This document shows positions 1 to 6,709 of a stretch of DNA of 37,790 bases, in pieces. The notes beneath the pieces are model-generated. The model was not told the origin of the DNA. It saw nothing but the letters and a program-made list of their open reading frames with translations, and made no database searches. The position numbers were made by a program, and so were the translations under genes. Origin of the DNA: Abditibacteriaceae bacterium (lineage in GTDB: Bacteria > Armatimonadota > Abditibacteriia > Abditibacteriales > Abditibacteriaceae); NCBI GenBank assembly GCA_031425655.1, contig JANPJS010000318.1, positions 1-37,790 on the forward strand, written 5' to 3'. How positions within the stretch are numbered: position 1 is the first letter of the stretch; each line of letters starts with the position of its first letter.

Positions 1-36
1 GAAATTTCCACGCGGCGCTTTTGGTTGTCTTATTTA

Positions 37-203
37 ACCCAAGTTGCCACCTATTTTGCCCCCGATTGAAATCGGGGTCTACCGTTACAAAACCGGCCTG
101 CGCCGGTTAAAAAGAGTCCGCGACGGGCGCCCTTTGGGCAGGGGACTTTGTAGCGACAGACCCCGAATTTATTCGGGGTGGAGGCATTGGCAGCAACTTG
201 GAT
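37..203. mobile_element. Degenerate MITE with IS982-like ends (ACCCAAGTTGCCAC ... GCAGCAACTTGGAT) enclosing a family-B palindromic repeat pair
   Basis: Imperfect 14-bp TIRs at 37-50 and 190-203 match the ends of the 2171-2345 element; internal inverted pair at about 59-177; AT-rich flanks but no clean target duplication. Confidence 0.55.
124..142 (+). repeat. 19-bp mini dispersed repeat CGGGCGCCCTTTGGGCAGG (copy 1 of 6)
   Basis: Matches copies at 17721, 17833, 24763, 28437 and 36723. Confidence 0.9.
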
Positions 204-249
204 TTTTATTACTTGGACTTGGAAGTCCGGCGCTTGTCCGGCTCTTTGG

Positions 250-408
250 CTACTTGGCTACGCCTTTGAACGGCTCCTTGTCGCTTTTCACGTCCATGAT
301 TTCGCCGGTTTTCGTATCGCGTTTGGCGCTGTTGCCGCTCGCGGTTTCAAATTGCGTGCGCTCTTTTACGGCGCCTTTACGACTCTTGTCTCCCGTATTC
401 GTTGCCAT
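250..408 (-). CDS. Small basic hypothetical protein (MATNTGDKSRKGAVKERTQF...KPFKGVAK type), C-terminally truncated by an 8-bp duplication
   Basis: ATG at 408 with AGGGG upstream; resembles a widespread family of about 60-aa proteins; the TAG stop is created by tandem TTGGCTAC x2 at 246-261. Confidence 0.7.
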   Translation of the reverse strand: MATNTGDKSRKGAVKERTQFETASGNSAKRDTKTGEIMDVKSDKEPFKGVAK

Positions 409-543
409 GATTGCACCCCTTTGAATTGCGACGCTCGGCGTCACATCGGCGCGGCAAATTGCAATTCATGTTCCCGATGCTTTGCCGAGGCTGGCGGCAG
501 AGGCGGTTCCGACTTGCCTTACAGCCAGATCGTGTGCTGAAAC

Positions 544-1179
544 TTACGGAGTCACTTTACCGGGAGATCGTGGTGGCGAGGCACGACCTGCCTTTTCCAA
601 CGAGGTGCCGAAGGGAATCAGGATGGGCGTGGAATGCACGGAGTCCATGCGACTGATGCGCCATGCCTCGCCAACACGGCGCAGAAAAAACGGCTGCACT
701 TCATTACGGTCTGCATAAATGAACTCAACCATGAGGCGCGTCTCATTCGGCGCGGAGTCCTGCTTCGTGCGCAGGTTAACGGCGACTCCTTTAACCGGAG
801 CCATCAAGCGTTTCAAATAGCCGATTAAATACGCATCGCCTTTTTCGGCGCGCGTGCGCTCCAGTTGGCCGCGCAATGGGTCGGTAAATTGTTCCAGATA
901 GGCGGTTAAGTTCCCGGCACGCGCGGCTGCGGTCGCCGCTTCTATGGAACTTATCATGGTGTTATCCAACGACGCCGGTGTTGCTGCGGTCACGCCACGC
1001 GTAGCCGCCGTCGGGGTGCGTGGCTGGCGTGGCCGGCGTGCCGAATAAAGTGCGCTGACCAGTGCCGCGCCGAGCATCGCCAGCCCAAGCCATAACTGTG
1101 GCGGCAATTTCGGCAAACGCTTAATTGGCCGGTGCGACTTGGGCTGTGGGCGTGGGACTGACGGCGGTTGGCGTGGCAT
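544..1179 (-). CDS. Membrane-anchored hypothetical protein (one TM helix, Pro/Thr/Ala linker, small alpha/beta domain, possibly NTF2-like)
   Basis: ORF 544..1233, likely start ATG 1179; TM segment LWLGLAMLGAALVSALY; overlaps the 3' end of the upstream hflK-like gene. Confidence 0.7.
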   Translation of the reverse strand: MPRQPPSVPRPQPKSHRPIKRLPKLPPQLWLGLAMLGAALVSALYSARRPRQPRTPTAATRGVTAATPASLDNTMISSIEAATAAARAGNLTAYLEQFTDPLRGQLERTRAEKGDAYLIGYLKRLMAPVKGVAVNLRTKQDSAPNETRLMVEFIYADRNEVQPFFLRRVGEAWRISRMDSVHSTPILIPFGTSLEKAGRASPPRSPGKVTP

Positions 1180-2134
1180 TAACGATTCCTGAAGCATCCG
1201 AAGTGGACGCGGGAGTGGGCGTGGCAATAGCATTCGCGGGGCGCGGCAGCAAGTTTAAATCTACCGGGTTGCGCTTTCCGGCACGATCCACGGAAATGAC
1301 TTTCAGGCGTGGCAGGATGTGCTCCATAGCCTCGAAATAAAGCCGGGTGTTGCTGACGCCGGGCGCGCGGCGATATGCGTTATAGGCCTGGCTAAAGCGC
1401 GCCGCATCGCCTTGGGCTTTGAGTATGGCGGCATCGCGGTAACCGATGGCTTCTTCGCGCAGTCTGGCGGCTTCTCCCTGCGCGGCGGGTAAAGTCGCGT
1501 TGGCGTAGGAACGCGCTTCCTGAATAAGGCGGTCGCGGTCTGCGCGTGCGCTGGCGACTTCGCGGAATGCGTCGGCGACCGCAAGCGGCGGGTTCACGCC
1601 GGCGATGTTGACGGCGGTAATTGTAAGGCCTAAGCCGTAGGCGTCGGACGCTTGCTGGGTGCGGAGGCGCACTGCATCCTGTGCTTCGAGCTTACCGATA
1701 GTCAACAAAGCATCCACCGGGCGCTCTGCCACCGTAGTCGCTACCGCCGCTTCCGCCGCTTGCTGCAAGACCCGTGTCGTGTCGGCTGCGGAGAATAAAT
1801 AGGCGCGCGGGTTGTCAATTGTGAACTGCACCAGCAATTCCACGTTCACCAGATTTTGATCGCCGGTGAAGCACTCGCCGTTCGCTGCCCCGCCGCGATT
1901 CAAGGTTTGATCGGCGGCTTCAAAGCCTATGTTGAGCCGCTTTTGTTCACGCACTTTGAGGCGATTGACTCGATCTACGCCCCACGGCAGCCCAATGTGC
2001 AAGCCCGGAGGCACTCGGTCGGCGACGACTTTGCCGAAGCGCCGCACCACCGCCTGTTCGTCCACTTGAACGATGTAGACCCCGGTTAAAAGCCACAGTC
2101 CGCCTAAGAGTCCCAGAATACGTTGTTTGGTCAT
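1121..2134 (-). CDS. hflK: HflK-like SPFH (band 7) membrane protein
   Basis: N-terminal TM, VVRRFGK...PGLH, FTGDQNLVNVE, VNPPLAVADAFREV, AQGDAARF, RLYFEAMEHIL motifs. Confidence 0.85.
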   Translation of the reverse strand: MTKQRILGLLGGLWLLTGVYIVQVDEQAVVRRFGKVVADRVPPGLHIGLPWGVDRVNRLKVREQKRLNIGFEAADQTLNRGGAANGECFTGDQNLVNVELLVQFTIDNPRAYLFSAADTTRVLQQAAEAAVATTVAERPVDALLTIGKLEAQDAVRLRTQQASDAYGLGLTITAVNIAGVNPPLAVADAFREVASARADRDRLIQEARSYANATLPAAQGEAARLREEAIGYRDAAILKAQGDAARFSQAYNAYRRAPGVSNTRLYFEAMEHILPRLKVISVDRAGKRNPVDLNLLPRPANAIATPTPASTSDASGIVNATPTAVSPTPTAQVAPAN

Positions 2135-2170
2135 AATGCTAATGCAGAAACGCGAAAATCAAATATTTTA

Positions 2171-2345
2171 ACCCGACTTGCTACCCATCACATCCGAAGT
2201 AGTGGAGTCGCATTCAGCCCCCACCCAACCTCCCCCGGAGAGGGAGGAGTAGATTCTTCAAGGCCCTTTGCTTTGAAAAAACGTAACTCCTCTCCCCTCC
2301 GGGGGAGGTTGGGTGGGGGCAAAGACGATAAGTAGCAACTTGGGT
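2171..2345. mobile_element. MITE with IS982-like ACCC termini and 7-bp target duplication TATTTTA, carrying a family-A palindromic pair
   Basis: TIRs ACCCGACTTGCTAC (2171-2184) and GTAGCAACTTGGGT (2332-2345); TATTTTA at 2164-2170 and 2346-2352; internal inverted arms 2217-2249 and 2287-2320. Confidence 0.8.
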
Positions 2346-2349
2346 TATT

Positions 2350-3246
2350 TTACGGTTTCCCATTGATGCGCCCGCTGGTCAGCAATCGCATCAAATCGGA
2401 GTCGGACGAGAGAATCACGGTTGTTTTTTCGTTCATGAATTTTTTGTAGGCATCCAGTGTGCGGGTCATTTTGTAAAAATTCGGATCGCGGTTATACGCG
2501 TCGGCATAGATGCGCATGGCCTGAGCATCGCCCCGTCCCTTGATCTTTTCAGCTTGCTCGTAACCGCGCGCTAAAATTTGGGTTTTCTCGCGGTCGGCGG
2601 CGGCGTGAATGCGCGTGGCCTGTTCCGCACCTTGAGCGCGATATTGGCGGGCGATGCGGTCGCGCTCGGAGCGCATCCGGGCAAAGACGCTTTCTTTGTT
2701 TTCTTCGGGCAGGTTGATGCGTCGCAGGCGCACGTCCTCCACTTCAATGCCGTATTGATCGCGCGCCGCTGCGGCACAACGCTGTTTCACGGAATCCATG
2801 ATCGCGCTGACTCGCACTTGCTTTGGGTTTGTCGCTACCAACTGGTCTAAATCGTGATTGCCCAGCGCGATGGAAATTTCCGATTTCACGATGTCTTGCA
2901 GGCGGCTCTCGGCTCCGGCGCGATCCACGACCGCCTGCAAAAACTTCTGCGGATCGTCCAGCCGCCAGATGACAAAGGAATCCACCACCAGATTTTTCCG
3001 GTCGCGCGTCAACAGCTCCGATGGCGAAGGAATGAACGATTGGCGCCGCACATCAAGCCGGATGCGGCTTTGCCACGGCCATTTGAGATGCAACCCGGCC
3101 TCGCGCGTTATCGCCACGGGCCGTCCGAATTGTGTCACGACGGCGGCTTCGCTTTCGTCCACGACGTAGAACGTTGAAACGATTATCAGCACTGCGACAA
3201 GAGCGGCAAACGCCTTGATTCGTGATTTCATGGTGTGCAGATTCAT
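2350..3246 (-). CDS. hflC: HflC-like SPFH membrane protein
   Basis: VVTQFGRP, LTRDRKNLVVD, DVRLRRINLP, VFARMRSERDRIA, GDAQAMRIYADAYNRDPNFY..TRTLDAY motifs; alternative start 3231. Confidence 0.9.
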   Translation of the reverse strand: MNLHTMKSRIKAFAALVAVLIIVSTFYVVDESEAAVVTQFGRPVAITREAGLHLKWPWQSRIRLDVRRQSFIPSPSELLTRDRKNLVVDSFVIWRLDDPQKFLQAVVDRAGAESRLQDIVKSEISIALGNHDLDQLVATNPKQVRVSAIMDSVKQRCAAAARDQYGIEVEDVRLRRINLPEENKESVFARMRSERDRIARQYRAQGAEQATRIHAAADREKTQILARGYEQAEKIKGRGDAQAMRIYADAYNRDPNFYKMTRTLDAYKKFMNEKTTVILSSDSDLMRLLTSGRINGKP

Positions 3247-3262
3247 TCGGCTTAAGTAATCG

Positions 3263-3405
3263 GGAGAACGATAAACAGGAAGACGGAAAGGGCGGGAAGG
3301 TGGGAAGAAGAAAACGAAGTCGTTTTCTTGCCTTTGTCTGCGAACATTTCCATTACTCCACAGATTGCTTTTCCGTCTTCCCGCTCTTTCCGTTTATCGT
3401 TCTCC
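3263..3405. repeat. Intergenic inverted repeat built from degenerate purine-rich short units
   Basis: GGAGAACGATAAAC (3263-3276) pairs with GTTTATCGTTCTCC (3392-3405); inner GGAAGACGGAAAG-like units mirrored by TTTCCGTCTTCC. Confidence 0.7.
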
Positions 3406-3430
3406 TTGTTAATTAGCTCAGTTGAGCCAT

Positions 3431-6400
3431 TTATTCTTCCTCCTCCGATGGTTGTTGTGGACGCGGCACAGCGGGCAAACCCGGCAGTTCCGGCAATGCG
3501 CCCTCGGAGAGCCACATTTGCCGCCGTCCTCCGGCGCGCGGATCCATAACGAATTTGTTCGGCCCGGCTAACGCTTGTTCCACCGTTTCAAGATACATCC
3601 GATTGGCGTTGACCTGTGGCCCGGAACGGTAGCCGGTGAGCATCTGTGTGAAGCGGCTGGCATCGCCGGACGAGCGGTGGGCGCGCTCGAAAGCGTAGCC
3701 TCCGGCCAGCGCCAAGTTTTGCGCGGCCTCGCCGTGTGCGAGCGGAATTGTCTCGTTGCGATAAGCTTGCGCTTGATTGATCAGTGAGGATTTTTCTTCT
3801 TCGGCGCTCGATACGTTCCGATAAGCCGGAACGACTTCCTGCGGCGGATGCACGTCTTGCAAGCGCGCCGAAAGCACTTCTATGCCGCTTCCATAGGAAT
3901 CGCAAGTGCTTTGCGTGGAGCGCGCAATGGCCGCTTCGAGCGCGCCGCGGCCCGTTGTCAGCAAGGCCTGCATGGATGTTTGGCCCGCTGCACGTCGCAA
4001 AGCGGCTTCGCCGGCTTGGTGCAGCACGCTTTCTGCGTCGCTCAGGCTAAATAAATACTGAGATGAGTTGCTGATGCGATATTGCAGCGTCAAATTGACT
4101 TCCACGAAATACTCATCGCCGGTCAGCAGCAGCGACTCGTCGGCCACGCGCTCCAAGTTGCCGCGATGCTCTGTGCTCCATTCCGACACCCCGACCGGCG
4201 GGGATGCAACAGTGCTTTTCGTCGCGAAGTTGACATTTTTTCGGGTGCGAAAACCAATTTCGGCGCGGCGCACGCCGGCCACGTTGACCTTCGTAACTTT
4301 GTCAATCGGCCACGGCGCGCGATAATGCAGGCCGGGGCCGATGTTCGCGGCGATTAATCTGCCGAATCGCTGCGCCACACCGACCTCGCCTTGCGCGATG
4401 CTATAAAACCCCGACATCAGCCAGCCCACGAAGACAACGCCGACAAGGGCGAGACAGATTCGTTGTCGGTTTTGCCGCGCCGTTTCGCGCCATTGGCGCC
4501 CATGTTCGGTGATGCGTTGCAACGGCAAACGCGCCGTCCAACGTGCGATTTTCTGCGGCAGCCAAGTGGTGCGCGGTGCCGCAACGGTATCGCCCGGTCG
4601 CCAGGGTTTGCCGTAAAGCAAGCGCAGCGAACTGGTGACGACTAAAAGCGAGGCGATTTGGTGCTCGACAGCGGCCAGAATCGGCGACAGGTCGCGGCTG
4701 CCGTCGCCGAAATAAGGATGGGCCGCTTGCAGGCGGAAGCCAAGCCAGGCTAAAGCTCCGCTCGCGCTCAAAATTACGCTCAGGCTATTGAGGCCAATGG
4801 CGAACCACAGAATGTTGCGACGAATGGTGGACAGGGCACGGCGGCTAATGACAATCGTTTCGGGCAGGCGTGCCAAATCGTCGGCGACGAAGACGACGCC
4901 TGCGGTTTCCACAGCGATGTCGGCTCCGCCATGACCCATCGCCACGCCGACATCGGCGGCGGCGAGCGCCGGCGCGTCGTTGATGCCGTCGCCGATCATG
5001 GCAACGCGATAACCCGCGGCCTGCAAAGCGCGCAGACGCGCCATTTTATCGGCGGGAAAAAGATGCGCGGACACTTCGGTAATCCCGATTTGACCTGCCA
5101 CCGCTTGCGCGGCTTTGGCGCTATCGCCGGTCAACATCAAAATGCGTTCGATGCCCAGCGCTTTCAGCGACGACACCACGCTCGCCGCTTCGGGCCGCAC
5201 GCGGTCAGTCACGGCAAGCAGGCCGATTATCTCCATTTTGCCAATGGGCAAAGTCGCGGCGGCGACAAATATGACAGTGTTGCCCTTTGCTTCAAGCGCC
5301 TCGGCGCGTTGCGATAGGTCGGGCGGCAGCGCGACGGCTTTGTCATGCAAAAGTTGGCGGTTGCCCGCTAAAAGCAGTTGCCCTGCCTGCGTCGCGGTCA
5401 TGCCCAAGCCCGGCTGATAAGTGGCGTCGTCAAGCGGCGGCAGCGTGCCGGTGTCGCCGTAAGCTTGCCGCACGGCGGCGCTGAGGGGATGAGCCGAGCC
5501 TTGCTCGGCTGTGGCCGCGAGGCGCAGCACTTCTTCCTGCGTGCGGCCTGCGGCGGCCACGATTTCGACGACTTCAGGACGGCCTTGCGTCAGCGTGCCG
5601 GTCTTATCGAAAATGACACAGTTGACCCGCGCGAGGGCTTCGAGAGGAGCGCCGCCGCGCATGAGGATTCCACGCCGCGCGCAGCGTCCCAACGCCGCCG
5701 CCATGCCGGTCGGCGTGGCTAAAATCAAGGCGCAGGGACACGCGATAATCAGCGTGGCCGCCATGCGCGTGAGAGCGACGGAAAGCGCCGCTCCTAAAAT
5801 CCAATAATAAACGGCAAAAGTCAGCGCACCTATGATAAGCACGATGGGCACGAAGTAACCGGCCCAACGATCCGCGAGGCGCTCGACGGGTGCTTTTCGC
5901 GCCTGCGCTTCGGCGACGAGGCGAATGATCTGCGCCAGCGTAGTGGCCTCGCCGACGGCCCTCGCTTCGACTTCGAGCAGCCCCATCGTATTGATGGTGC
6001 CGGTGAAAACTTCGTCGCCGGGTTGTTTGAGTAACGGCAACGACTCGCCGGTGAGCGCGGACTGATCCACAGCCGATTGCCCGGTTTGCACCACGCCATC
6101 TACGGGAATACGCTCGCCGGGGCGGATGATGACGCTATCGCCCACCACGATTTGCTCAATCGGCAGCGTGATTTCATGGCCATCGCGCCGCACGGTCGCT
6201 GTGTCGGGCGCGAGGCCGAGAAGAGCGGCAAGTGCGCCGCGCGTTTTTTCAACGACGTAACCTTCCAGCGCCGTGCCGATCAGCATGATGAGCACGACTT
6301 CGGCGGCAGCCGCGAATTGGCCGATGGCTAACGCGGCGAAAGCGGCAATGGTTACGGCAAGGTCGCCGCCCATTTTGCCTCTGGAAAGACGCGACAGGCT

Positions 6401-6643
6401 GTCCCAGAAAATGCCGTAGCCACCCGCTAATGTGACCAGCAGCGCGGCATCGAGTCCGAAGATTTTGGTGACCACGCCGCTCACGTAGAGCAGCAGCATC
6501 CCCGTGACCACGCCGATCATAGCCACGTCGCTCCAGGCTACGCCGCCTTCGGCTTCGTCATCTTCGTCGTGAATTTCGTCAATGTCGGGGTCTGACATCG
6601 GTTCTGTGTGTGGTTCCGGGTAGGGGCGGGAGCCGATGTCCAT
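3431..6643 (-). CDS. Heavy-metal P1B-type ATPase fused to a C-terminal HflK-like SPFH domain
   Basis: TGES, CPC (5732-5740), DKTGT, HP, TGD and GDGINDAP motifs, then an extra TM and HflK motifs (QRFGR..GPGLHY, LLTGDEYFVEV, DVHPPQEVVPAY, GDASRF, RMYLETVEQAL) in one uninterrupted 1070-aa frame. Confidence 0.92.
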   Translation of the reverse strand: MDIGSRPYPEPHTEPMSDPDIDEIHDEDDEAEGGVAWSDVAMIGVVTGMLLLYVSGVVTKIFGLDAALLVTLAGGYGIFWDSLSRLSRGKMGGDLAVTIAAFAALAIGQFAAAAEVVLIMLIGTALEGYVVEKTRGALAALLGLAPDTATVRRDGHEITLPIEQIVVGDSVIIRPGERIPVDGVVQTGQSAVDQSALTGESLPLLKQPGDEVFTGTINTMGLLEVEARAVGEATTLAQIIRLVAEAQARKAPVERLADRWAGYFVPIVLIIGALTFAVYYWILGAALSVALTRMAATLIIACPCALILATPTGMAAALGRCARRGILMRGGAPLEALARVNCVIFDKTGTLTQGRPEVVEIVAAAGRTQEEVLRLAATAEQGSAHPLSAAVRQAYGDTGTLPPLDDATYQPGLGMTATQAGQLLLAGNRQLLHDKAVALPPDLSQRAEALEAKGNTVIFVAAATLPIGKMEIIGLLAVTDRVRPEAASVVSSLKALGIERILMLTGDSAKAAQAVAGQIGITEVSAHLFPADKMARLRALQAAGYRVAMIGDGINDAPALAAADVGVAMGHGGADIAVETAGVVFVADDLARLPETIVISRRALSTIRRNILWFAIGLNSLSVILSASGALAWLGFRLQAAHPYFGDGSRDLSPILAAVEHQIASLLVVTSSLRLLYGKPWRPGDTVAAPRTTWLPQKIARWTARLPLQRITEHGRQWRETARQNRQRICLALVGVVFVGWLMSGFYSIAQGEVGVAQRFGRLIAANIGPGLHYRAPWPIDKVTKVNVAGVRRAEIGFRTRKNVNFATKSTVASPPVGVSEWSTEHRGNLERVADESLLLTGDEYFVEVNLTLQYRISNSSQYLFSLSDAESVLHQAGEAALRRAAGQTSMQALLTTGRGALEAAIARSTQSTCDSYGSGIEVLSARLQDVHPPQEVVPAYRNVSSAEEEKSSLINQAQAYRNETIPLAHGEAAQNLALAGGYAFERAHRSSGDASRFTQMLTGYRSGPQVNANRMYLETVEQALAGPNKFVMDPRAGGRRQMWLSEGALPELPGLPAVPRPQQPSEEEE

Positions 6644-6709
6644 GAAGGTAAGGTCGGAAAAATTGATGCGGCAGAGGTGTGATGAATTTACGCCGAAGCG
6701 ACGAAGCGG

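Noticed and set aside
44..828. Plus-strand ORFs at the window start
   Set aside because: They overlap the MITE and two better-supported minus-strand genes, and have no motifs
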